Positions 30,001-41,376 of a DNA stretch of 64,000 nt are shown in pieces; position 1 is the first letter of the stretch; every line of letters starts with the position of its first letter. The notes under the pieces are model-generated. The model was not told the DNA's origin and made no database searches. It saw nothing but the letters and a program-made list of their open reading frames with translations. This DNA comes from Macrostomum lignano (Eukaryota), in NCBI GenBank assembly GCA_002269645.1, contig NIVC01000158.1, positions 682,001-746,000 on the forward strand, given 5' to 3'. The translations under genes and the position numbers were made by a program.

Positions 30001-30640
30001 TGGTTGTGAAGTTTGTGGTTGTGAAGTTTGTGGTTGTGAAGTTTGTGATTGTGAAGTTTGTGGTTGTGAAGTTTGTGGTTGTGAAGTTTGTGGTTGTGAA
30101 GTTTGTGGTTGTGACCGTGAGGTTTGGAGATTGTGAAGTTTGTGGTTGTTAAGTTTGGGGTTGTGAGGTTTAGGGATTGAGAAGTTTAAAACTGAAAAAG
30201 TGAAGGATTTTTTGCCTTCGCGTCGCACGATTTCTCGAAGAAGTCGTTGACTAGAGTCCAAAAAACCTGCGTAAGAGCGTAAACTGAATGCGAAAAACAT
30301 TGACCGAAATGATTCATAATTTACCTTAGTCAAGTTACTCAAAAGAACCAATGTAAATACAAAACAGTGAAACTTTAGTTAGCAGACAATTCTGCAAATT
30401 CTTTCTTAACAGATGCATATTAAAAATTGCTTGGGCCAAGCGTTTGCGTGCCAGACTGCAATTATAAATGGCCATTGGTAGGCTGCCTGTTTAGGCGCAT
30501 AACTCCAACTAGATAAACTCTTTAATAAGTGAGGGGCGTATATCTGAGCTGGGACATGAGCATTCGCACACTGAAGTAACTATGATGTAATTGAGATTGA
30601 CAGGTAGATAAGGCAGACAGACAGACAGACAGACAGACAC

Positions 30641-30679
<39 letters not shown>

Positions 30680-30680
30680 C

Positions 30681-30724
<44 letters not shown>

Positions 30725-30971
30725 TGAATTGCTGCTCACTGTATTGCTGCTGATGATAGACCCCTGCTGCCAGGTGCTGATGGTATGATGTCGCTGTGGC
30801 TGCTGGATAGCCGTGTTGATGCTGCTGGTGCTGCTGGGCCTGCAGATGCTGCTGCTGAAGATGCTGCAGGTGGTAGGGATGATGATGCGGGTACTGCTGC
30901 AGGCGCGTGTGGTGATGCTGATAATAGCCACCGCAGTGATCCGAGGCTTTTGGCCGGACATCCGGGATCAT
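26620..30971 (-). CDS. GATA: GATA transcription factor with two C4 zinc fingers, GATA1/2/3-like
   Basis: Exons 30971-30740 (His/Gln-rich; least certain), 28226-27775 ([45 protein letters not shown]), 27687-27562 ([33 protein letters not shown]) and 27204-26620 ([20 protein letters not shown], then poly-Ala/His tail). GT-AG boundaries and consistent phases give about 464 aa. YYKLHN and TRNRK are GATA1/2/3-type residues. Confidence 0.92.
27270..27548. repeat. 28-bp minisatellite in GATA intron
   Basis: Unit CCTTGATCCTCAGTGCCTGTCACTGCAC, about 10 copies. Confidence 0.9.
28262..29030. repeat. (CTGTC)n microsatellite with a 20-bp sub-repeat in GATA intron
   Basis: Pentamer run that generates the VLSCP/DRTGQ pseudo-ORFs. 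Confidence 0.95.
29998..30145. repeat. 15-bp minisatellite
   Basis: Unit GAAGTTTGTGGTTGT. Confidence 0.88.
30612..30722. repeat. (CAGA)n microsatellite
   Basis: Tetramer run just downstream of GATA exon 1 on the minus strand. Confidence 0.95.
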
Positions 30972-31126
30972 GGCCGCTTCTGCTCTGAAATTTATTGTAA
31001 ATATTGAAATTATTTTTTTAAGAGGGCCATTTCCCAGGGTGCGCTATAAAGTGGCCAAGAGTTTCACGTAGTGACATCACCAATTCTGACAGGGTGATGA
31101 AGGTGATGAAGGAGGGTGACTCCACA

Positions 31127-31562
31127 GGGAGTTCCAGGTGTGACATGCACCGATGCTGACAGGGTGCCTCACAGAGTTCCAGGTGTGACATGCACCGATG
31201 CTGACAGGGTGCCTCACGGAGTTCCAGGTGTGACATGCACCGATGCTGACAGGGTGCCTCACGGAGTTCCAGGTGTGACATGCACCGATGCTGACAGGGT
31301 GCCTCACGGAGTTCCAGGTGTGACATGCACCGATGCTGACAGGGTGCCTCACGGAGTTCCAGGTGTGACATGCACCGATGCTGACAGGGTGCCTCACGGA
31401 GTTCCAGGTGTGACATGCACCGATGCTGACAGTGCCACAGGGAGTTCCAGGTATGACATGCACCGATGCTGACAGGGTGCCACAGGGAGTTCCAGGTGTG
31501 ACATGCACCGATGCTGACAGGGTGCCACAGGGAGTTCCAGGTGTGACATGCACCGATGCTAG
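31127..31562. repeat. 45-bp minisatellite
   Basis: Unit GTGTGACATGCACCGATGCTGACAGGGTGCCTCACGGAGTTCCAG, about 9-10 copies. Confidence 0.95.
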
Positions 31563-32029
31563 GACCCTAACACAAAGTCTTCATTGGCTAAGTGCTTTCG
31601 CATTTTGAATTTTACTCACAGCTTTTTTTACTCCGGGCTTTCCAGTCTTCAGTAGCGCTTTCCCTTCACTTTCTGTAACAAAATTAGAGTTCCCACTTGG
31701 CATCTGAAGCTATTTAACTTATAACGATCTCACAGCACAGGTAACCGACCCAGTCTACTGAGTCCCCCAGCCCAGCAACCAACCTGATTGGCTGCCGCTG
31801 CGGGCCCTGCCGCCTCTGCAATTGGCTGCTTGCCAATTAAACTTGTAGGCATCTTTCTTTCTCGATGGAATCTGTGTCAAACATCTTGTAATTTATTGAT
31901 TAGGATTTTGCTAAATACAAGCTCTTCAGTTTCTGTGTTGTGATTTCCTGAGTTAATTTTCTAAACTGTAACGCAATATGTTTTACACGGCAGTTTCCTG
32001 GAACTCACGTTGAACTGTCATTGAACTGT

Positions 32030-32607
32030 CATTGAACTGTCATTGAACTGTCATGGAACTGTCATTGAACTGTCATTGAACTGTCATTGAACTGTCATTG
32101 AACTGTCATTGAACTGTCATTGAACTGTCATGGAACTGTCATTGAACTGTCATTGAACTGTCATAACTGCCATTGAACTGTCATAACTGTCATTGAACTG
32201 TCATGGAACTGTCATGGAACTGTCATGGAACTGTCATTGAACTGTCATTGAAATGTCATTGAACTGTCAAGGAACTGTCATGAATGTCATTGAACTGTCA
32301 TGGAACTGTCATGGAACTGTCATGGAACTGTCATTGAACTGTCATTGAAATGTCATTGAACTGTCATGGAACTGTCATGGAACTGTCATGGAACTGTCAT
32401 TGAACTGTCATGGAACTGTCATTGAACTGTCATTGAAATGTCATTGAACTGTCAAGGAACTGTCATGAATGTCATTGAACTGTCATGGAACTGTCATGGA
32501 ACTGTCATGGAACTGTCATGGAACTGTCATTGAACTGTCATTGAAATGTCATTGAACTGTCATGGAACTGTCATTGAACTGTCATGGAACTGTCATTGAA
32601 CTGTCAT
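32030..32607. repeat. 11-bp minisatellite
   Basis: Unit GAACTGTCATT / GAACTGTCATG, about 52 copies. Confidence 0.95.
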
Positions 32608-33000
32608 TCTAGAATATGGCGATATGAAGGTATAGAATCAAAGCATTTAAAATAAATTCTTGTCTAAACACCACACAAATATGAGTTGTTAGTATACAGC
32701 AAAAGAAGAGTTCGTGGCTTGGGTTTTGGCATCTTGTTACAGGTAAGATTCTTATCTAACTTCTTTAATGGGCCTTGACAACAGAAACTGCCGAGCAGTA
32801 CAGAGCAAATGCTTTAGACTGAATGCTATATAAATTTCTGTCTTGCTACCGTGCCTCATCTCTGTGATATATATTAATAACTCAATGACTGCTCACCCTG
32901 TCCGATGGGCAGCTCTGATAAGCAGGGCTTAATATGCCTGACTGACTCCAATGGGTTGTCTGTGCAAGTGCCGCCTGCAGTGAATCTGATTCCTGCGTGA

Positions 33001-34098
33001 CATAGGTCATGCATCATCCAAGGCATAGGTCATGCATCATCCAAGGCATAGGTCATGCATCATTCATGGTATAGGTCATGCATCATCCAAGGCATAGGTC
33101 ATGCATCATTCATGGTATAGGTCATGCATCATCCAAGGCATAGGTCATGCATCATCCAAGGCATAGGTCATGCATCATCCAAGGCATAGGTCATGCATCA
33201 TTCATGGTATAGGTCATGCATCATCCAAGGCATAGGTCATGCATCATTCATGGTATAGGTCATGCATCATCCAAGGCATAGGTCATGCATCATTCATGGT
33301 ATAGGTCATGCATCATCCAAGGCATAGGTCATGCATCATCCAAGGCATAGGTCATGCATCATCCAAGGCATAGGTCATGCATCATCCAAGGCATAGGTCA
33401 TGCATCATTCATGGTATAGGTCATGCATCATCCAAGGCATAGGTCATGCATCATTCATGGTATAGGTCATGTATCATCCAAGGCATAGGTCATGCATCAT
33501 TCATGGTATAGGTCATGCATCATCCAAGGCATAGGTCATGCATCATCCAAGGCATAGGTCATACATCATCCAAGGCATAGGTCATGCATCATCCAAGGCA
33601 TAGGTCATGCATCATCCAAGGCATAGGTCATGCATCATCCAAGGCATAGGTCATGCATCATCCAAGGCATAGGTCATGCATCATCCAAGGCATAGGTCAT
33701 GCATCATCCAAGGCATAGGTCATGCATCATCCAAGGCATAGGTCATGCATCATCCAAGGCATAGGTCATGCATCATCCAAGGCATAGGTCATGCATCATC
33801 CAAGGCATAGGTCATGCATCATCCAAGGCATAGGTCATGCATCATCCAAGGCATAGGTCATGCATCATCCAAGGCATAGGTCATGCATCATTCATGGTAT
33901 AGGTCATGCATCATCCAAGGCATAGGTCATGCATCATCCAAGGCATAGGTCATGCATCATTCATGGTATAGGTCATGCATCATCCAAGGCATAGGTCATG
34001 CATCATTCATGGCATAGGTCATGCATCATCCAAGGCATAGGTCATGCATCATTCATGGCATAGGTCATGCATCATCCAAGGCATAGGTCATGCATCAT
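33001..34098. repeat. 23-bp minisatellite with two interleaved variants
   Basis: Units GTCATGCATCATCCAAGGCATAG and GTCATGCATCATTCATGGTATAG, about 47 copies. Confidence 0.95.
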
Positions 34099-34432
34099 TT
34101 AAGTTCTAAGATCTATCTATCCTCAAATGTAGCTCATAAATCAATATCATTTTATAAAGTAGGTCATAGCTTCAAAGTTGGGTTCCATTTCCGGCATATT
34201 TTCCAAAATCAGTCATGAGCCCAATGCAGTTCATACACCTATTCCGCAAACGTTAAGCGGCTGTAGAGTGGGGTCAGAACCAAGCAAACCCAGAAGCAGT
34301 TGCAGTTGCATTTTAACTAAGAAAATCGCGTAAATTTCAAAGCAGAAGGTAAATGACTTGACGACATTTACAATTACCATTGAGTGGCACATATTAAAAC
34401 CTCTATTTGACTGCAGTTTTAGGCGCTTATAA

Positions 34433-36774
34433 CCGTTCCCGACGGATAGGCCGAAAACAGCCATAGACAGTTTTCAAATTTACGATCATAAATGTTGCTG
34501 CTACCACCGTTCCCGCCTATAGTCTCGCTTAAATTTAGTGTCTGTTCGCTTATTTAATTCATTTATACGGACTGCTTTATATGAGCATTTTACTTTTAGT
34601 TTAGTTTTGACTAGTTATGGATCTCATTTACACGTCGGACTCGGACAATTTTCTCACTGACGACGAGGACGGATCGTTTTATTTTGATGAAGAGCCAGGT
34701 GAGGATGGTGAAAACGTTGAAAGCGCCAGCAGCTCAGATGAGGACGTCGAAATGGAGGAAGAACACGAGTGGCACCAAGCTATCGAAGGGACGGACGACA
34801 GGCCCACGGCTGTCCCAGAGTTCATGGGCACCCCAGGTTTTCGGCCGGACTGGGTACCACCACAATCAGCGAATAGCAGTGAGTCAGAGTTTTTGCATCA
34901 ATACCTAACCGACGAGCTGTTCGAGAACATTGCAAGGTGGACGAACGAACGGGCCTGGAGTTTCGCTCAGGAAAGGTCAGCTGATGAGTTACCAAAGGTT
35001 GTGTCTACATGGAAGGATTGCAGTGTTGACGAGGTGAAGAAGCTGATCGGCATCGTGTTGCTTATGGGCATTGATGACAAGCCGGAGATCAGCTCATACT
35101 GGGAAAAGGATCCTGTGTACCACTGCACGTTTCTGGCTCAGCCACATTCACTTTCGCGCGATCGTTTCAAGCAGATTCTCTCCTGCCTTCGCTTTTACAG
35201 TAGCGCTGGTCCCGCTCCCCAAAGCCCTGTAGACAAAATCTCTCCATTCCTTGCACTTGTGCAGCACGCCTGTCGGAACAACTACATGCCCGATCAGAAT
35301 CTATCAATTGACGAGACTCTGGTCATGTACAAAGGACGGGTACAGTTTAGGCAGTACATTCCTTCTAAGAAGAGCAAGTATGGTATCAAGTTATACTGCC
35401 TGTGTGAGGCCAAGTCCGGATACCTGTGGAACTTTGCCGTTCACACAACGCAGCAGGAGAATGCCAGGTTTGGTGCCGGAGTGGACTGTGAGGCCCTGTC
35501 CTTCAGTGAGCGAGTCGTAGCCGAGCTATGCCGCGACATTCTACATCTTGGCCATCGCATCTTCACCGACAGCTGGTTTACATCGTACCGACTGGCTTCG
35601 TGGCTACTGGCCCGCGACACCATGCTGACTGGCACCGTGCGCAAAGATCGTGGACCGCCGCCACTGCTGCGAGACACTAACCTGCACCCTACATCATCAG
35701 CATTCGCAAGGTGTGGCAACGTGCTGGCGTGCAAGTTTGTAGACTCCAAGAACAGTGGCAAGAAGACTGTGTACTTGCTGGACACGGCAGGTAACGCGCA
35801 GTGCCACGATGTAGCCCGCGTTCGCCCTGGTGGTCAGCAGCAAGTGGTGGCGAAGCCGGTCAGCATCACCACGTACAGTCGTTGGATGGGTGGAGTGGAC
35901 CGCATGGACTCTAACACGAGTCCCTACATAGCAAACCGCAAGTCGCTGCGCTGGTTCAACAAGCTGGCTTTCCATCTGATTGTGCTGCTTGTCCGCAACG
36001 CCTGGATCTTGTACAATTACCACGGCGGCAGCATGTCCTTCCTCCACTTCTTGCGCAAGGCGTTAGATATTCTGGTTGCGGAAACCGGTGTTGCCAGACG
36101 CCGAGGTCCTCCAGCTGCTCCAGTTGCTGCAGCGCCAACTGGCGCAGGTGACGGGCCACCTGCTGTTCCTCGACATTCGCCTACTAAGGCGCCCAAAGAA
36201 GGAGCACTGGCCCGACCTCGCAAGCGGTGCAGAATGTGCAAAAGGAGAACCGTCTTTGTCTGCTCCACGTGTCCAGGGAGGCCAGCTCTGTGCCTTGGCG
36301 CGTGCTTTAGTGCCAGCCATACATAAAAAACAATTGTATCGGACACTTCTAACGTGTACGTGTAATCATTCCTGTTCAGTTTATTAGTTTATACATTTCA
36401 TTCAGTAAATTACTTCTTGCGTTGTGCATTACTATACTATTATAGTCAACCTCAGTTTACATTAACTGCATTGTTTTTCCGCATTAAAAATACACACTTG
36501 TTAAGTCTAGCAGCCACAGGAAACATTTTTTTCAGTCAGAACAGTCTCTTGGCACTTGTTTCTTGGCGGCTGTTAATCGACTGTAAACCATTCTACTCTG
36601 TGCATGTGACTTTATCATTCACTATGGGAAGCTATCGTTGCCTTATTGGTGTGTTAGATACATAGATGAAGGAATGAAGTTCTATTGATTATAAATATGG
36701 TTATATATAGCAGTCAGTAGTCCTTATACATAATATTTATATGGCCGTTTTCGGCCTCTAGTCGTCGGGAACGG
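34433..36774 (+). mobile_element. Full-length piggyBac-superfamily DNA transposon
   Basis: Left TIR CCGTTCCCGACGGATAGGCCGAAAACAGCCAT (34433-34464) versus the reverse complement of 36741-36774, CCGTTCCCGACGACTAGAGGCCGAAAACGGCCAT (first 12 bp identical). It encloses a single intact transposase ORF. Flanks are ATAA and CTGT, not TTAA. Confidence 0.92.
34617..36326 (+). CDS. piggyBac (PGBD4-like) transposase, 569 aa, intronless
   Basis: Acidic N-terminus. Catalytic-triad contexts SIDETLV, FTDSWFTS and MGGVDRMD. KYGIKLYCLCE motif. C-terminal Cys-rich domain CRMCKRRTVFVCSTCPGRPALCLGACF. Confidence 0.95.
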   Translation: MDLIYTSDSDNFLTDDEDGSFYFDEEPGEDGENVESASSSDEDVEMEEEHEWHQAIEGTDDRPTAVPEFMGTPGFRPDWVPPQSANSSESEFLHQYLTDELFENIARWTNERAWSFAQERSADELPKVVSTWKDCSVDEVKKLIGIVLLMGIDDKPEISSYWEKDPVYHCTFLAQPHSLSRDRFKQILSCLRFYSSAGPAPQSPVDKISPFLALVQHACRNNYMPDQNLSIDETLVMYKGRVQFRQYIPSKKSKYGIKLYCLCEAKSGYLWNFAVHTTQQENARFGAGVDCEALSFSERVVAELCRDILHLGHRIFTDSWFTSYRLASWLLARDTMLTGTVRKDRGPPPLLRDTNLHPTSSAFARCGNVLACKFVDSKNSGKKTVYLLDTAGNAQCHDVARVRPGGQQQVVAKPVSITTYSRWMGGVDRMDSNTSPYIANRKSLRWFNKLAFHLIVLLVRNAWILYNYHGGSMSFLHFLRKALDILVAETGVARRRGPPAAPVAAAPTGAGDGPPAVPRHSPTKAPKEGALARPRKRCRMCKRRTVFVCSTCPGRPALCLGACFSASHT

Positions 36775-37518
36775 CTGTGGTAAAAAATCCAACAAATCTG
36801 GCCCATAGAGATTGATTTTATGCCGTCTAGCTTGGAGGTAGACAGAATGGACGAAAACGGCCATCCGTCTGCCTATGGTTAAATAGCTTAGCAAATTGCT
36901 TCTCTCGTTGTTTAGGGAAGGTAGTTTTACAGCAATTATCTTCTGCTTTTGCAGCTCTTTTTCTTATTCTTTTTTTGGTAAGAGAAGCCTTACAAAACTA
37001 ATTGACACGGGCGGGAAAAGGTCGACTGCCCTCTGCGCCCCGCAGTTTAGCGGCTTCTTTCGCAGCCCTCCCAAGGGGGGATCCTGCGTGAAGCTTCTGC
37101 TAGAGAGGGAGAGAGAGAGAGCGAGGTCCGCGCGCTGAGCTCGAATATTGGTGTTGTCAAGCGGTTTCCATGGTCGAAAAAGGAAGAAATGGAACTATTT
37201 AGTCATCACCAAGGGTTAAATGTAGACATGTCCCGCCAGCCTATTTGTCAAAGCGAATTACTCGTCTTGGCTGCTGACGGAGTCGCGCCAGATGCCTCAG
37301 TCCTGTGCCTATCTGTTCAAGTGAGGCAGGGAGTGATGAAAGGCTGAAAAAGTGTGCAAAGGTAAGACATGCGACGCATAGGGCAACTGTGGGAGCCGGT
37401 CGCCGATCTTAATTGTTTTTCGCATTGGAGAGCTCTTCAGCTTTAATGTGTGCATTCGCCTGATTTTTTGTATATCATCCTGTTCTTTGAGTAATAGAGG
37501 GCCAGGGTATCAAATTGG

Positions 37519-38575
37519 ACTGCCAGAATATTATATTGGAGTGCCAGAATATTAACTGGGGTGCCAGAATATTAACTGGAGTGTCAGAATATTAACTGGA
37601 GTGCCAGAATATTCACTGGAGTGCCAGAATATTCACTGGAGTGTCAGAATATTAACTGGAGTGCCAGAATATTAACAGGAGTGCCAGAATATTAACTGGT
37701 GTGCCAGAATATTAACTGGAGTGCCAGAATATTCACTGGAGTGTCAGAATATTAACTGGAGTGTCAGAATATTAACTGGAGTGTCAGAATATTAACTGGA
37801 GTGCCAGAATATTCACTGGAGTGTCAGAATATTAACTGGAGTGCCAGAATATTAACTGGAGTGTCAGAATATTAACTGGAGTGCCAGAATATTAACTGGT
37901 GTGCCAGAATACCCGACCGAAATGCCAAGACTAAGAGTGTCAAATTGGAGTGACTGAACATCAAATTGGATTGACTGAACATCAAATTGGATTGACTGAA
38001 CATCAAATTGGATTGACTGAACGTCAAATTGGAGTGACTGAACATCAAATTGGATTGACTGAACATCAAATTGGATTGACTGAACATCAAATTGGATAGA
38101 CTGAATATCAAATTAGAGTGACTGAACATCAAATTGGATTGACTGAACATCGAATTGGATTGACTGAATATCAAATCATAGTGACTGAACATCGAATTGG
38201 ATTGACTGAATATCAAATTGGAGTGACTGAACATCAAATTAGAGTGACTGAACATTAAATTGGAGTGACTGAATATCCAACCGGAGTGACTGAATATCAG
38301 ACCGGAGTGACTGAATTTCAGAACGGAGTGACTGAATATCAGACCGGAGTGACTGAATATCAGACCGGAGTGACTGAATATCAGACCGGAGTGACTGAAT
38401 TTCAGAACGGAGTGACTGAATATCAGACCGGAGTGACTGAATATCAGACCGGAGTGACTGAATATCAGACCGGAGTGACTGAATATCAGACCGGAGTGAC
38501 TGAATATCAGATCGGAGTGACTGAATATCAGACCGGAGTGACTGAATATCAGACCAGAGTACCAGAATGGAGTGA
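37519..38575. repeat. Compound minisatellite of three related 20-21-bp units
   Basis: GGAGTGCCAGAATATTAACT (about 37520-37905), GGATTGACTGAACATCAAATT (about 37940-38260) and GGAGTGACTGAATATCAGACC (about 38260-38560). Confidence 0.92.
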
Positions 38576-39282
38576 CAGAGTATCAAATAACACCAAAGGG
38601 TCCAAGAACTGTCTTTCTATTCTGTATGCAATTCTTACTTTCACGACTCTACACCAGTCTTCATACACTCCCATTAAAAGTTGATTAGCATAGTGTTAGC
38701 ATTGGCTAACACACTTTCTGCACTACTGTTATCAGTAGTTTCAGTAGTCTGTATAGCGTTTGGCAATAATTTTTTTTCTAGACAATTCTGATGATTAGTT
38801 TTGATCGCATTTTTTTGCAGAAAAAACAAAATGTAATCCGAAGCGCCTCAAAGAATTTTTTATAAAAAAATTCGCCAGCGCCAATAAAAAAAAGTGATTC
38901 GACTTTTGAAGAGGGCTGTCGACTTGCTCCGGCATTTCTCTGACCTGTCGCCTCGCTTTCTAGTAAAACATCTCCCATTTCTCATGGATTTCCCGCGTCC
39001 TTCCTTTTCGTGACGCGCCCTCCTTCCTCACTTCCCACTTCCCCTCTCGACTCGTCACTTTTCGTGTCAGGCCTTTGAGCTTTTGATGGTGTTTGCTGGG
39101 TAGGGTTTCAGTTTGATAAATCCTTGGACTTGGCTGCCCCCGCAGAGCTGGCATGAAATATGATTCAGCATTTGTGGCTGCGTTCGCATGGACTGGCATG
39201 CCTGCATGCTGCTTAGAGATTATAAGCTGCTGAAAATTGTTTGCAATGATCTGAATACAGCTGCGAGTTGTGAATCTGATCG

Positions 39283-39379
39283 ATTGATTCATCAATCAAT
39301 CAATCTATCTATTTATCTATCAACCAACCAATCAGCTGACCAATCAATCAACAATCAGTCAATCAGTCAATCAATCAAC

Positions 39380-39413
<34 letters not shown>

Positions 39414-39515
39414 GTCAATCAATCAACCAACCAATCAATCAATCAATCAGTCAATCAATCAACCAACCAACGAATCAGCTGACCAATCAATCAATCAATC
39501 AGTCAATCAATCAAC

Positions 39516-39561
<46 letters not shown>

Positions 39562-39738
39562 GCCAATCAACCAACCAATCAGCTGACCAATCAATCAACA
39601 ATCAGTCAATCAATCAATGAATCACCAATCAATCAATCAATCAATCATCAATCAAACAACCAATCAATCAATCAACCAACCAACCAATCAATCAATCAAT
39701 CAATCAATCACTAATCAATCAATCAATCAACCAATCAA
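39283..39738. repeat. (ATCA)n / (ACCA)n microsatellite
   Basis: Degenerate tetramer run. Confidence 0.93.
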
Positions 39739-40753
39739 TAAACCGGTTAATCGATAGATTAAGATGAGTTCAATCAACAGATGAATTAATCAAATAATCG
39801 ATCAAGCAACAGAATTAAATTGATTGATAATCTATCCCATCTAACACAATGTATATTTATTTTCGCAGAGTTTGCACACAACAAAACGCAGTCACAAAAC
39901 TGCGGGGCTGTACTTAGCGGCCGAAGCGAGGGAGGGAGTGGTGCAATTCTTATAAATAGATGAGCTGGTATGTTCATACAGATGGTTAGAATGCTGGCAC
40001 TGCACGACAATGAACTTGCTGTGTTTAGCATAAAAAATCAAACAATAAAAGCTCAAATACTCTGCGATCCACAAAGATATTTATATAAAAAAAACATTTT
40101 TTACATTCGCAATACAATAAAAGAAATCAGTCAACGTGTGTTTTAAATAGCAACCAAAATATCTGTGATTACAAGTTGATGCGGGACAAAAGAATCGCAC
40201 AAAGTGAAGCGCACAAAATCAACACACATAAAATTCTCAAAAAGAGTTTTCTTATGTCTGACAATATCTAACAATAGTTATGGCTTGTACTTTTCTAGAT
40301 AAATATAATCAATTTTACGAAACAAGGAACTCTTTTTTTCTGACCAAACAGGGCACTGGGTATAAGGTAGATTTTCTAGTTTACCTAATAGGGGGTGTAG
40401 TAGCCTAGCGGTAATCTTGTCTACTTTCGCGCATTAGGAACTGTTAGTCAGTAATTATGCCTCAGAATATGAGGGCAAGCCAGGTGCAGTAGCTTTCATT
40501 ATTCATTTTTAATAGTTTGGATTTTTTATGCCGAAGTTGGCCTGGGGGTTGTCGTGTGATTCACAGCCCACGAGGGCCAACCCGCCTTGACTTCTGGCAG
40601 CGCCCAGCGTCCCCTGTGAATTTCTAATTATACTTATTTTAATCCAGATTTATTATCCAATTATACTCCAAAGAGTAGTAATGGTGTGTTATATATAGCT
40701 CGTATCGCAACTTTCTTAATCTTAGTCATCTATTGGTTCATCTGCACTTGTCT

Positions 40754-41145
40754 CTGTTTGCTCTGTTTTCTCTCCCTCTGTCCAGTTCAGTCTTGTTATT
40801 CTTATCTCTCTCCCTTGCTGTCTTCTGATTGGCTCTTCAATCTCGCCTCTTTCCTTAGTTGCGCACTCCACCCCTTCTTTACTTCCACTCAACCACCCCC
40901 CCCATTCTAATGTCTTATAATTACACCCATTTAGGCCCGCCTGCGCCCTACTTGCTGTTTGCTCTGTTTTCTCTCCCTCTGTCCAGTTCAGTCTTGTTAT
41001 TCTTATCTCTCTCCCTTGCTGCCTTCTGATTGGCTCTTCAATCTCGCCTCTTTACTTAGTCGCGCACTCCACCCCTTGTTTACTTACTTGCACTCAACCA
41101 CCCCCCCCCCTATTCTAATGTCTTATAATTACACCCATGTAGGCC
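40754..41145. repeat. ~200-bp direct tandem duplication
   Basis: TGTTTGCTCTGTTTTCTCTCCCTCTGTCCAGTTCAG...ATTACACCCAT occurs at about 40754-40938 and again at about 40955-41145 with a few differences. Confidence 0.85.
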
Positions 41146-41376
41146 CTGCGTCCTACTTGCTGTTTGTGTTCGTTTTTTTGTTTTCAACTCCAATTAAATA
41201 GTTTACTTAATTTTCTTTACTTGTTATATATAGTTAGACTTTAATTAGTGAACTCACGCGGATCAATCTAACCCCTCTTAATAAAGTACATTTCAACATT
41301 GAACATCAGACAGGTGACAAAATGGTCACTGTGTTCAAAAGTTCGCTTAGAATGCTGTTTAAAAGTCCCTGGCTTG

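Noticed and set aside
40390-40420. tRNA-like A-box start (GGGGTGTAGTAGCCTAGCGGTAA)
   Set aside because: No B-box or cloverleaf follows; at most a truncated SINE head.
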